From Stylophora pistillata (taxonomy: Eukaryota): 64,000 bases of DNA. Below are positions 1 through 12,998 of this stretch, piece by piece. The first letter of the stretch is position 1, and each line of letters begins with the position of its first letter. The DNA is taken from the NCBI RefSeq assembly GCF_002571385.2, contig NW_019217898.1:74317-138316 (forward strand), given 5' to 3'. The notes beneath the pieces were generated by a model, which ran no database searches, was not told where the DNA came from, and worked only from the letters and a program-made list of their open reading frames with translations. Made by a program: the position numbers and the translations under genes.

Positions 1-305
1 CAGATTTTCGCTATTGCTTAAATAGCGCTATCTACTGCGAGGATCGTGCATCATACGTATCAAATACCGCAGTTCAAAATATATGATTTTCATATATTTA
101 TCCTATCTCATTTATCACTTTCACGGGTTCATTACGAATCAACTTAACGGCCTGCTCTCAGTTGGCTTGTTAGCTCAATTGGTAAGAGCGCTGCACTAGT
201 ATCGCAGAGGTCAGTGGTTCGAGTCCCGTGCAGGCCTGATTTTTTTCAGATTTTCGCTATTGCTTAAATAGCGCTATCTACTGCGAGGATCGTGAATCAT
301 ACGTA
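1..305 (+). repeat. Tandem tRNA-derived (SINE-like) repeat, unit about 247 bp; tRNA-like head at 164-237 followed by a T-tract
   Basis: A-box TAGCTCAATTGG, B-box GGTTCGAGTCC, pairing acceptor stem GGCTTGT/GCAGGCC. Sequence 1-58 recurs at about 248-305. Near-identical copies at 22919-23513. The anticodon arm is non-canonical. Confidence 0.8.
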
Positions 306-2121
306 ATCCTATTATTGTTATACGATTCATCCGTCACATCACTTGCGTCTCAATTTTCATGATTTTTTTTCTCAGTAAACGAGCCAAGTTCACCAAAAGT
401 TGCAAAAATATACAACTACTTTCAATAGCTCCTCATTAACACGCGTATTTCTCTTCAGGGCTGGAGCGAGGTGAAATGATAAACACCCCTTCCTAGAGCT
501 CGAGAATTTTGTTTTGAAAAACTGAAGAACCTCAAAATGTATCATTTAATTATGATTACTTAGAGGACAAATTATAAAAGCTGGTTGACTGTATTTTTTT
601 ATAACTGCTCGGTTAAGTACAGGCAAGTTATACATAAATGTATAGTCTATTGTCTAAATACTTATTATCACAATCAAATTTAAAGTAATCTAAATTGCTC
701 AAATCACTTTGCTACTGCTAATTTTGTTTAATTTAATTTATATAATCTAATTAATATTTATACTTCGCACCATAAATTCAGTGTCATACTGATCCATAAA
801 CCCATGCGATCCCTTCGTATTTATTTGTTCAACAGCAAGAATTTTTTTCAACTATGAGCACAAATGAAAAATAGTATTTACAGTGCTATCTAAATATGAA
901 GGACCAAAAGTGAGCATGTCTGCCATAGGAGAGAGTTGATCTTCACCGCTACCTTCAGTCCGGTCTTAGTGGCAGGAAGTCGGGCTCCTTTCCCGACCTG
1001 CGGCTGGTTATCGAGCCCAAGCGATCATAGAAACACAGCGGTCAAACGTTGAGCGTGCGCAATGAATCAATTGTAATCAGTCGTGCGCTGATTTCCTGCG
1101 CACAAATTTGAGGGAAAACATAAAAATCAACATGTGTCGAGCAAAATTTACAATAACAATAAAACTGAAATGTTCAAAGGAATCTGTGAAACGAAACTTC
1201 ATTAGGGAAGTAGGGGAAAGGAAAACTTAAGACTTCTTGCAAAGCGTATAAATCAAAGGTTTTCTGTCGATTTACCACCTTGTTTTGAACTCTACCAAAA
1301 TGGCTATTCGTTTTCAAGGAAACCTCTCTGTTCGTTTTGAACTCTTGTGGTTCTACCTGTGGTTCTGATGGCCTGAAACCATAATGTCGCGAAGTACTTT
1401 TGGCCGTCTCTTAGCTATCAAGGCGTTTGCAAAGACGCAGATTTTTGACCGCTGTGATTTCTACAGCGAGTGTTTAAAACGGCTCATACTTCTCTGATCA
1501 CGGGCTCATATCACAAACACTGCTTGGAACTAGTCCTCGCACAGAAATAATGTGCTTGCATGTACAAGCATTGCGATTATGATCTGTAAGCTGATAAATT
1601 TCACGGTTTTCGAGCACATGGAGCTTTTGCAAAATATTCCTATTTCAAAATTAGATGCATAAGTAATATACAAACAATGATTATGGACACTGAGAATCTG
1701 AGAGCATTAACAGGCCTCTAACCTCTGAAAAAATATAACCTTAATAGATATTCGATGAAGCCCAAAATAAAAATATCATATTCTTCTTGTTTTGAATTAT
1801 TGCACCCTTCAACTTCCTTGAAAACCCTCTACATTGAATTATCTCTACGAGCTGTTTTCTGCTCCTCGCCAAACTAATTCGTCGCTTTCGCGATTTAGCC
1901 GCGAATTTTGATTGGTTTATGCTGATCTGTTTTCACTGGATTGTCATTGGCCAGACGCCATCCTGGTAAATCTATGGCTCTGTTATTAAAAACCGCTGAC
2001 TTCACACCACTGTTACAGTTATTTTACTCAAAATATGTAGATAATTTTTTTTTTTATAAATATAGTCTTGGAACCTGCCACTACACTGCTAATTGGGGTA
2101 GTATTAAGTCCGGAAGCCTGA

Positions 2122-5100
2122 TTAAGGCGAATCATCATCATGATCTCTAGACATCGACAGCCGTCGCAATCCACTACTGAAACTACTCTTGGAATCCTTC
2201 ACTGCTTTATGCGTGATTTTCATTTCTGGAATTAGACGACATAAGTGTACAATTAACGTTTTCTGTATGGTCTGCAAGAATGGGACTGATAACATCTGCN
2301 NNNNNNNNNNNNAAGAAGTAGCCGTTTTGTAAGTTTAAGAAGCACAAAAATATCAACTGTCTAAACAAATGTGAAGAGTTCGCAGGGGAAGCAAAACTAC
2401 CGGTTTGCTGGCATGCGTGGCGACGTTTTGCTAAAATGAAAAAAAACAAAAACAAAATCGATGTCACTGAGCTCTCTGCTACCTTAATCGATCAATCGCA
2501 AAAAAAAAAAAGGGAGAAAAAATAATCATTCCAAGAGCGTGCTTTGGGTATGAGATGGAACATAGCCAACGGGGCGCGTAGCACCGAGATGGCTATGACC
2601 AATCTTGTATCCAACGAGCGCGAATGGAAGGTGAATCAGAACACTAGAAATACAATAATCGGAGTTGAAAATCAAACAAAAGAACGTAACTCCAACCTTC
2701 TTTGTCTTCGTCCGTCATGGGTTGTGAAATGACTTTTGACAAACAGTCCATCCACATTCTTCTTTCATTTTCAGTATTCGCCATCATAACAAATTCTCGT
2801 TTAGGTGTTGTAAGAGTGAAGCAGTAGTCTTCGTCCTGATGCTTTCCTGATTTAACTCCTTCTTGAAGAGCAAAGCCTTCAGTGTGGGAGCCAATGATCA
2901 ACTCACCTTTCGCCACAGCGTCCTGTTCAAAAGTCACAACTTAGTTAGCCCTTGGACCCTCTAAGAGTGATTAGCATCTACTTTCTCCTTACAACATCAC
3001 CCCTGAATCAAACATTGATTTCACAAGAGTAAAGGAAATGATCATCAACTATAGAAGTTCTTGATCGTTAAACAAGTTCTCCTTGTAAGGACGTTGAAAT
3101 GAGTAGAGAACAGTATGGAGAATATGCATACTGAGGAACGCTGGAACGGACGAATAACACCCCTGATGAAGGCACTAGAGAGGAGTGTCGAAACGTTGGG
3201 TCAATGAATTGAAATTCCGGTTACATTCATTAAATCTTTAAACCAGAGTAGCATCTAACCATGTCTGACTTTCCTTTGTTTCTGCTTTACCTCGGTCTGT
3301 GATTGGTCCATTCTCTTCACCAACAACACGTTAATATCTCGTTAGCCAATTAGAACTCAAAGTAAATACAAAAAATAAACGGCTATGAAATTCGAGAAAA
3401 CATAAGTGATCAAGTAAATCGTAAAGAATTTAACTTTGCGTCTGATTTGCAAAGGAGATGGCGTGAGTCTTCCGGAACGATCACATTGTGAAATATGGCA
3501 ACCCAAGACAATCATGTATAACAACCCAATTTTCATACTGGATTATGAATTGGATGCCTCGATATACACGAACTCTTATCATGTATTAGTATATACCAAG
3601 ACAGTGGATTACGTTGGAGGAGCGCTCTCATTGGCTACCCAAACTCGGTAAATACCTCCACTTCGGTGAATACTTTTTTAGTATTGGTCGTACGTACCAT
3701 TGGTTGTTCGAAGTACAGAAGTCTTCTGACATCAAGCGAAAACCACCTTTTCCTCCACGGTTCATCCTAATAGAATGAAAAATAACGAAAAACATTTTTT
3801 CGGACTGCCATCCATCTATTTGTAAAACATTTTGTATCGATCGCCAAGAATTACTGGGATAAACTCGGACAGTCGTGGGGATTTATGGTCGTTTCCTTGT
3901 TTAGTCTTGGAGCAAAACGACTTAAATTTGTGTCGAATCGACCACTGATTTGGAGCGAAATGACTTTGTTGCAAATCGGCTTCAACTTTTCAAGAACTCT
4001 GTAGCGAAACGATTGGAAATTATCGTGAGCAAGCACATTCATTATACTAAAAATTACCGATTGAAAATCTATCACTTTTCATCGAATTTCCAAAAATTCT
4101 ATTATACATTTCATTCTCACCCTTGGTCCTCTCTTAGACAAATATCCTTGCATAGTGAAGTCCCTGGTGAGCTCTTTCTCTAACTACAAAACAACACAAA
4201 ATGACAGTTAAATCCACAGCTTGAAATGTGATATGCTCCATACATTCCAGGGCTCGGCACTAACTTCTCAACTTACTAGCCCAGTGGCTGGTGACATCTT
4301 AGATTTTACGACAATTTCAGTTTATTTACTAACCAAACTGGCTAGCGGAAATCGAAAACCACTAGCCAAAACTGAATTTCTACCAGTCTGTGGCTAGTCG
4401 GCTACCCTTACTGTCGAGCCGTGCATTCCCTTGGGAATCAGATTGTATTATTTCTTAGCTTCTTAGCTTCTTAGCTTAGCGGATAGTAGTGCTCAACTAG
4501 AATCTGGGAGGTAAGGGTTCAGTGTGGGTCAAAGTTGCCAGCTATTGTTTCAGACTTCTCATTCTGCACTGCAAAGATACATGGCCAAATTACAGCCAGT
4601 GGAATTTTTTTTGTTCAATAGCAACTCTGATTGAACAACCAAAGCCCTAAAGCAAGGATAAGAGTAAAAAGATTTTTAACAATCTGATTCTATTTGTTAC
4701 CCTACCTTCTCTTGGTCAACATCAGATTCATTGTATCCAAGTAAATCAAGTTTTGCTTTCCTGATGGCCATGTACCATTCCACAACCTCCTGGAGAATTA
4801 AAAATAAATTAATTATCAGCATAAGAGAATAGCAAACTGATTTGAACTTATAACATTATATCTTTCAGTACTCAATGATCAGTTTTCAAAATCTCCCTCC
4901 CTCCCTCCCTGCTGTATCTCAAGTTTTGTTCTAACAGGATGTTGTAATTACTTCGGTCTGTTTGGGTCTTTCAATACTAATATGTAAAAATGCATTGTAT
5001 GTCTTTTAATGTAGTATATAGGCTATAAGTTAAGTATCCCAGCCCTATATTGTACATAGGTATTGCCAACATAAGGAAAGTGGTCTTGGCATTGCAGTTA

Positions 5101-8100
5101 ATTTGCCCCACACCTCCTAATATAATTTTTACCCACTCCCCAGTCATTCTACACTCTACTGCATCATTCCCATTTCCAAAATCTAAATGTTGCCCTCTCC
5201 CCACCCACTACCCCATAACTGCACAATCCCAGCCACCTTCCTGCCTTCACACAAATTTAATCATTGTTCTTCATTACTCTATCATTGTCATCTTTATATT
5301 ACACAAATAAATTCATGCTTTTTAAAACAAACCTGTCCATTTTCAGAGTACACAAAGTAATTCCTTGTCCGTCCCTTTGTAACATATGTTATCTGAAGAC
5401 TATTTTCCTTATTAGTTCTTTCTTCCGCAAAGGTGACATTAATCTCAGTGATTTTCAAATCCTTTTTCGGTTCCCTATCCTAAAAGAAATAAATGTAAGG
5501 ATAGTCACCAATGAACTCAGAAAGTAGTTTAATTAGATGACGAAAAGATGACAGCATGTAATAGATCTTTGTTTCAAGTTTGCACTTACAAGTGCAAAAT
5601 TTATTCCATTCTATTATCCGATCACAAGGTTTACAGTCTTTCAGAGTCATGAATTTCCAAGGAAACCTTCACTCAAGTTAAATAAGGTTGATTAAAGTGC
5701 CTATGACATGAATTTTGTTTTCTCGGTTTTTCTTAGCTTGATGCATATAAAAAATGATTCTAACCTTCAATCCCGTGGAAAAGTTTTCAATCCTGAATTC
5801 TTGTGCTCTAAAAAGTACTATTTTGTAGTGAAAATTGTCTCAGAGTCTGGGACCTAGTTCAACCCTTGCGACAGCCTTTGTGACATAATTTTGTGTACAC
5901 AAAACACCAAGTTGCGGAACGTGTGGAGGTGAGAGGCGAGTCATTCATTCATTTTAGCGAGTGTCACTCTACTGATTCTATAGATTATAGAATCACTCTT
6001 TTTGCCGCACTGTCATCCATGTTGGTTTCGATGGCTGTACACAACTCGACGTCACGAAAGAAAATCACGTGACTTTTAGGCCGTGCAGAAGAGGGGACTA
6101 TTTCATTCGCAGATAGCGCGTGTTTTGAAATAAAAAAAAGGGGTTTGAAGACATTCCCTCCCAGATTAAAGGTTAAAATCGTTTTTCATCTGCATCAAGC
6201 TCAGAAAAACCGAGAAAAAAAATTCATGTCATTGGCACTTTAAATCAAAAAAGCCTTTTGTAAGGACAGAGATCAAATAACACTTCAATTTAGCTAGTTA
6301 CTAACTAAAGTCAACAATGATATCTCCATGTGTTAGAGTATCTTCACGGTGCATAGTGAAGATATCTGTTTTAGAGGCAATATAAATTTTCCCCCATTTT
6401 TCCCAGCATCCAAGCATGGCAACTAAAAAATACCTGATCTCTAATGTAGTAGGCAAGTGAATTGTCCGCCGCAGATAGAACAAAAAGTCTCAGGTTCCAG
6501 CTGTTATCTTCTTTTCCTTTTTTTCTTAAATATCCTCTCAATGAGCCTGAAGTAATAAATTGCATATATTTAATTAATTGGTAAAGATGAATAACAAAAT
6601 CAAATAGAGAATGGAAAAGTTAATTTAATTCAAAAACCAAAGAAACATTACTTGCACAACAAAATGGAGTGAATTAGTGTTGTACAAAGTGACAGATGAA
6701 TGGATAATTGATTGATTTACAGGGTTTTCCAAAGCTAGCCTTTCACTCTACCTGTTAAATAACTTGGCTCTGGTGCACCATCAATAAACTCTTTTCGCTC
6801 ATATTTTGCTCTTATCCACTGCTCCCTCAGCACACTGAATTTTCCCAAAATCAAATGAAAAGGTAAGAGAATGAGGAGAGGAAAAAGTGAAATCTTTAAT
6901 TTATGAAATATCAGATATAAATTCAAAAAAACTAATACATTAGATGGTTTGATCTCAGGGAAAATTGACATGCTTTCAATTAACTATGCTGCTTTGTATT
7001 TTCTATTGAAGATAACAAAAGCATTCTATTTAAAAGATGAAATTGATGTAGAGTATAAAACACAGATAGACTCCCATCACAGAATTGAGCCATTTCACCA
7101 TTATTGACATGAATGCACCAGTATGGCAGTAAGGCACCTTCAGTTGCCAGAATCCTTTTTCTAGGAAGACCCTTCAGGTTTTAACTCTAACTCCTATGAT
7201 CTGATTACAAATTCTTCCCTCTAGCTGCTACACATTTCCTTGTAAAGTGGTTATGAGAATTTGGTGTTAGGTCAAGATAACAACTTCTACCTGATAAGTT
7301 TGAGTATTCTCATAACATATGGATTTAGTATAATTTCAGAGCTGAGTAAAGAGTTTCCAGCAATCTGATTGGTTGAGAGGTTCCTAATATGACACTATGT
7401 AACCGCTTAACATGGTTGATATAAAATGTTAAAATAAAATGTTAATAAATGTTAGTAAAATGTTATGATTTTAGAAATTTCTCTGTTGTTCAGCTCTAAA
7501 ATTATACTAAAACAATTATTCGCCTGAGGTTCAGTGAATATTCACCTCCCCTACGGCGAATAATTGTTAAATAATAGGGAGGGGTTACATAATTATCAAT
7601 CACCCCTTAGGGGTGAAGGGTTAAGTAACAATTTGTCAATCTTAAGCAATAATCTGTTCATGCATTGTGGTATGTGTAGTCCCAAGCATTGAAAATAAAA
7701 AGTGTATCATTAAAAACAATTGATTAAAAGTGTTCTTACTGTGCATCTGAAGGCTTTGGTCGCCGATAGCAAAGAGGGACATTCTTGGCCCACACTGCAT
7801 TCCCCTTAGCATTGCCATGCTCTTCCATAAACTATGAAGAAGAAAACAAAACAGAGATAGGTAGTAAGAAAAAAAATATTAAGAAGCTGTTTAACTGAAC
7901 AGTAAGGATGTCTGGTCAACTGTTCACTTAACCTATGGAGGTCCAGTGCGCCTGTATGCGCCCATGGGGACCCACACCCTTTCTACGCCTTGTGACGTCA
8001 TCACTTTTAACCCTGGAGCACGACTTTGAGCACGTACTTGAACAGGTTGAAAATATCTTACAAACAATACCAGAATGAGCGCAATTGAGTGAAGGAGATT

Positions 8101-11100
8101 GAGGAAATAGCCAAAAAACCATCTAACTTTGACCTGAAAATCTGGACGAAAATCTTGTTCCATTACCCACCTACCTTTCTGAGCATGTGGTTTGAAAATA
8201 ATGAGTAGTTTCTGAAAAATCACTACACCAAAATGAAGCCTACTAAATTTCCAGCTAGTGAGGAGAAACTTCAGGCAAGGAGAGGGGAAAAAAAGGGCAG
8301 GAGAAAGAGAGAAAAGTAAGTCATAAGTGGGGCATTACTTTTCAACCCAAAAACTATCTCGAAATTTTGCTTTCTGCGCGTGCCCAAGATTTTCAGGCCA
8401 CCATTTTGCATTTTTGCAGCTGTCAAAGGGTTTTTGGTAAGTTTGAGCTTTTAAAACCACAACAGAGACCCGAAATCTGCTCGACTAGCTTCAAAACACA
8501 GTTTTCCACAAAAGCTGCGGCCATTAATGGGTTAATATAATCATCACAGGAGGGTGGGGTACCCACTGTATGTAAGTACCTCCAGTTGTCCCTCACAAAT
8601 CCTTTGGAAAAGTCTTCTGAGGATTTTTGAAGGGCAACAGGCAGCCCTTACACTGGGCACGGTTTCTGTCCTGTTATGACTCTCTGCCCAGTCCTATAAT
8701 ACAATGTCAGACAAATGTCAAGAAGATTTCAAGACTGCTTGATCAAGATCAAAACATTAATGATACTCTGACTGATAATATTTCTATGTATGCATATAAA
8801 AAGTACATTGTTAAATGATGAAAACGTCATTAAATAAAAAGTTGAACTGAAAAAATACATCCAGAAATATATTAGAAAACAATTTCACCCACAAAGCCTT
8901 TTCTGATGTGCTGCATAATTGATGACATGTTTACACATTTAAATTGCCATGTTGTTCAATTACAGCTGGTACATCACTGAATTGTTCAGCTGACAATCTT
9001 CTCCCCTCAATCTAATTTTCCTTTTTGTCTTAGTAAGACAAGAGTTGGCAGTCACTGGGTGGCAAAATTCTAAGGTCTTGTCACTCCACCTAAATTATAG
9101 TGATTTCCTTACATTTCAAAGACTGCATTACAGTTTAGCCATTGTTTGGCATGTTGTTTGCTTATTTGTTTTGTTTTGGTATCAGTAAACAGAATTTTTA
9201 GAATGTTTGTTACATTGTTAGAATTACTGCCTATTTGGAGATACCAGGAAGTCACTTGAAAGCTCCAGATGAAAAGGGATACATTGGTTTTTCACCTCAA
9301 GATTTTTGAGGATCAAATTTTGCTCCCATATTGATTTCTTTTTAATCAAGGGAGTTGTATGTACTTGCCTGAGGGATTCAAACACTAAATCACAAGAGGA
9401 ATGTCAAATTTAGAATACATAATTAAAAGAATTGCCCTCAAATCCATCAATACATGACTAGCAGCAACTTGTACTTCAATATTGTTTCTGGTCCATGGTG
9501 TTTAGCTGTGGTCTGATCCAGTAGAATGGATATCGTTGCTTTTATAGGATAGATTAAGAAATGATAAATGTAACATATGTTCACCCTATCTATTAAAATA
9601 TTTTATGCAATAAGCTGATCATATGTGTATTTTTATTGATTCTTACTTATAATCTATTGGAGGAGAGAAATGTAAACAACATTTTTCTTCTACATCATAC
9701 AACAAACAGATTCTATAGCATTGTGGGTCTGTAAAGTACACAGAATCTATTTGTTTAGTAGTTAATTTCCCTGTAGGTGATGTTAGTTTGAATTTTGGAT
9801 TGGGCAAGTTTTCAAAATCAGTGTAAGTCATCCTTCCTTAGTTTCAGATCATGCCAAAGGGTTGAATAATGATATAACTGGTTTGAAATTTTTCAACAAA
9901 GAAAACCCTGAATCAGAAAAAACAATTTACAAGTTGTAAACAAATATAGAACCTCCACAAAACAGCCATTAGTAGATATTTTCTAGAAATATCTTTGTTG
10001 CAATTATAATCAGCCAAAAAATATTATATAAACTAAGTCTACAGAATGTAGTCACTTAGCTGTTAATTGAAATGATATTTTGGCTTTCAACCCCGGACCT
10101 TTCTCTTTATCTTAACTAAGTCTGATATGTATAATATTTAAAATTTTCTTCATATTTCTCCGAGGGTCAAATATTAAAGGATTATCTTTGTTTCCTTTTG
10201 ACTTGCTGTGCCAGTCACATCATGGAATTTGAAAACAACTGTTTTACACTTATTTGTTGTTCAAAATAACTGTTATATTGAATATTTAAATTAGGAAACT
10301 CAATCTGATAATTGTCAACGTCAATTGAACGATAATCAAATATAAATGGCCAAGTCAATTTGGCATAATAGACATTTCTAAAAAATGACAGTTGAGCAAG
10401 GAAATGAATAAGAAACTCATAAAAATAACACACAAATGCTTATGCAATGGATGATTTTCTAGGCTAAAGCGGAGTCCGGCGGAAAAATCCAGGTGGCAAG
10501 CCTTGCTGACAGTGATTCGAACGGAGTATTTTAAAGGTTTTAGGCGTAAATCGTATGTACAGGTCAGTGTTAATTTCAATATGACATCTATATGTACCGT
10601 TGAAAAATCATAGCTTAGCCCGACAAGCAATATTGAATTGAGCCTCTCATAATTTCCATATAAAGTCAAATGATCGGAGAATCTAGTCTAGAGCAATGAT
10701 ATCTGACGCCTTGAGAAGGACACATGGGGTATTGAAAAAATAGAATAGAGGTCTGAACGCTTTGACGCACTGAAAGTCGCAAACGCCTTGATCAATCTCG
10801 AGTTTACCTTTAATTTTTCATCTGTCCAAGTATCAAGCCTTAAACTCTTGACGACAGAGAGCTGTGGTCCTAAATTCCTGTGAATTCCACTGCACGTGAT
10901 ACAAATGAACAGCCCTTTTGACGCTGATGACCATTCGGGATCTGCACGACAGAACATTACAGGAAGTTGCAAAGGGAATCAATCGAAAATTCAAAATAAA
11001 TTTTCAGAGCTGGCCCTCTGGTCATCTCGAATGACGACCTAAGCTTTAAATTCTTACTTGGAGCTCCACAATCCGCACATGTGTTGTTTGAAGGCTGTTT

Positions 11101-11139
11101 CATCAACTCCAATATCGCTACCCTGTTCTTTTCCGTCAT
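2122..11139 (-). CDS. ADAP1: ArfGAP with dual PH domains (centaurin-alpha, ADAP1/2-like), 11 coding exons
   Basis: Exons 11139-11058, 10941-10808, 7831-7740, 6834-6752, 6546-6434, 5479-5333, 4789-4706, 4183-4121, 3766-3698, 2922-2697, 2204-2122 (last exon less certain), all GT-AG and phase-consistent. Motifs: CADC-x16-CITCSGIHR, REQWIRAKYERKEF, PH1 GYLRKKG..WNLRLFVL..EWYMAIR, PH2 GYLSKRGP..WRKRWFSL..RRMWMDCL. Confidence 0.92.
3159..3201 (+). ncRNA. Minimal hammerhead ribozyme-like motif (Penelope-like element type)
   Basis: ACCC-CTGATGA-A-GGCACT-agagagg-AGTGTC-GAAAC-GTT-GGGT: core boxes, 6-bp stem II, 4-bp stem I, palindromic ACGT in place of helix III. Confidence 0.55.
4248..4423. mobile_element. 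Short MITE with hAT-like termini in an ADAP1 intron
   Basis: Ends CAGGGCTCG / CGAGCCGTG, flanked by a CATTC 5-bp direct repeat, with internal repeated CTAGCC/GGCTAG motifs. Confidence 0.5.
5696..6239. mobile_element. Non-autonomous DNA transposon, TTAA TSD, about 85-bp imperfect TIRs (Kolobok-like)
   Basis: TTAA|AGTGCCTATGACATGAATTTT ... AAAATTCATGTCATTGGCACT|TTAA. Confidence 0.75.
7932..8531. mobile_element. Possible TTAA-flanked (piggyBac-like) non-autonomous element
   Basis: TTAA|CCTATGG ... TAATGGG|TTAA with weak TIRs; more CpG-rich than the flanking intron. Confidence 0.35.
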
Positions 11140-12274
11140 TTTGAATGCGGCGAGCTCATCGCGTACCAACGGGGGTGAGGAAAGTATCACGCTCTCCCAC
11201 GCTCATTTCCTCTGTATTGTTATTCTTCCCCATTCCTTGCGCAACATAAGGACATTCGAAACCATACAGGAACACATAAATACCACAATTGGAAACAGGC
11301 AGAAACAAACTGACAGGACTTTTGCGTGCGAATATGGGGAAAGCACTTGTAGAAGTGAGATACAAGTAATTTCGAATAGTTATGTTTTTGAAAAGGTTTG
11401 TTCGAATATAAGGTTAAGTTCCGACGGTACTGTTTATACTATGTCGGTGAATTAAGTAGGAAATAATTGTCGTGTATTTCCATTAGAATTTTCAATCAAT
11501 TTTTTATTAAATATTATACGTTTTCTTGCAGCTTGGCCAGTGGAGGTGAACTGGTTTTGGCAATTACGCTGCAGATGGACAAATTTCTCCGCCTCATGGG
11601 CGCCTTAAGGGCCCCGGAATATTCCGTTACTTAGTGAATAGAGAAGCATTATTTACTTTGCTATGACTTTAAAAGGAATGGCAGAAATCTGTGTCTTTGA
11701 CGAACAGGGAACAAAGACCACGAAATTTTACAATGTCAATCATTTAAACAAAACCACTTCCTTGACAGCCTTACTCTGTACTGCCGATACAGACCATTAA
11801 ACAAGGAAGTGTGAATGGAGTGGGTCTTGCGTCGCTGCTCTGAGTGCGCGCATATCAAATGAAGATTTGGTGCTTATGATAACTGATATCCAGTTAATGC
11901 GATCGCTTTTATGCTAACCCAAAAGAAATTGTCATCTCTACCATAGTTAGTAGTCTACTAACTATGTCTTTACTGATTGATTTCGTGACTTGCCGTTGAC
12001 GCGTGACAAGGTTTCGTGCGCGCGAAAAGAAAACATTGCATGTTCAATGGCGTGAATCGGGATCTCGGAGCACCATTCCACAAATAAATTTCATGAATAA
12101 AATCAACGAAGTATTTGGATTTCCAGGGCCTTAGAGATAAAGAAATTTCCACAAAATTCTCGTTCATGATTGTTATGTGATCTAGTGATATGAAATACAT
12201 CCAGGTCATTGTGACATGTACATAGTATGGTCTCTATAGAGATTCAAATAGTTGAATAATGCGGTTTCCATTAC

Positions 12275-12998
12275 CTGTAGAGTTTCTTCATTCCAGTTTC
12301 CTAGATCAATAGATTTAGTCCTTGAATGTGTAGCTCCAAAACTTGTGTGGACTTGAGCGCAGTTTTGGCATAAAAATAGCCCTTTCTTCAGACAAGTGAA
12401 GCTAGGATCTGTTGGGAGAAACCATAGATGCTAATTTCTAAGTTTAAGCTTATTAGGAAGTAAGTGTCACATCAACTTATCGTTCAGACTGATTCTTGAC
12501 TTGAGCCTTGTGAGTCCATCGGTTTGTCTGTTCAAATGCTAGGCTTTATTTACTGTCGCGTGGAGGAGCTTATAAAATCCCTCTAATTTGAAAAGCGAAT
12601 GGATGAGGTAGTACGATGGAAAGACACTATCACCTATAATAAGCGACCTTAAAGCACAGCTTTCCTTGAAGCACCGACTTCTGAAGCGCTTGTATCGGCC
12701 CACAACGCCTTCTGACAGTTACAGACATTTCATATCTACGATACCTCGCCGCTTTTTCTATGGCTTTGTTCGATACTTACAAGAATAAAGTTTTGCGCAG
12801 CTACCCAGCTAATTGCCATTTTTTTGGATGCATTAGTGGACTCGTTAACAACGCCAGGAAACATCTAAACATATCTCACCAAAATATGACACCATTACCT
12901 TGTTTGCAACAGTCCGCACAGACATCGTTTCCATTCTCTTGTTTTAGCGCCACAATGGCAGTTTTAGCCTTTTCATTTTGTCTCCTAACCGTGGACAT
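12275..12998 (-). CDS. Duplicate, divergent ArfGAP exon 1b (12998-12899) and exon 2b (12408-12275); probable alternative N-terminal cassette of ADAP1 lacking catalytic residues
   Basis: Translates to MSTVRRQNEKAKTAIVALKQENGNDVCADCCKQ/DPSFTCLKKGLFLCQNCAQVHTSFGATHSRTKSIDLGNWNEETLQ. GT-AG sites are intact. Exon 2b is 134 nt, the same as exon 2a, with the same phases (1 and 0). Confidence 0.85.

Noticed and set aside
164-237. Functional tRNA gene (also 23314-23385 and minus-strand copies)
   Set aside because: Non-canonical anticodon arm and embedding in a longer repeated unit indicate a tRNA-derived repeat.
11970-12233. 79-aa minus ORF as a private exon 3 for the second ArfGAP cassette
   Set aside because: It would need an intron of about 41 nt and has no similarity to the ArfGAP C-terminal half (no MxxxGN or IRAKY).
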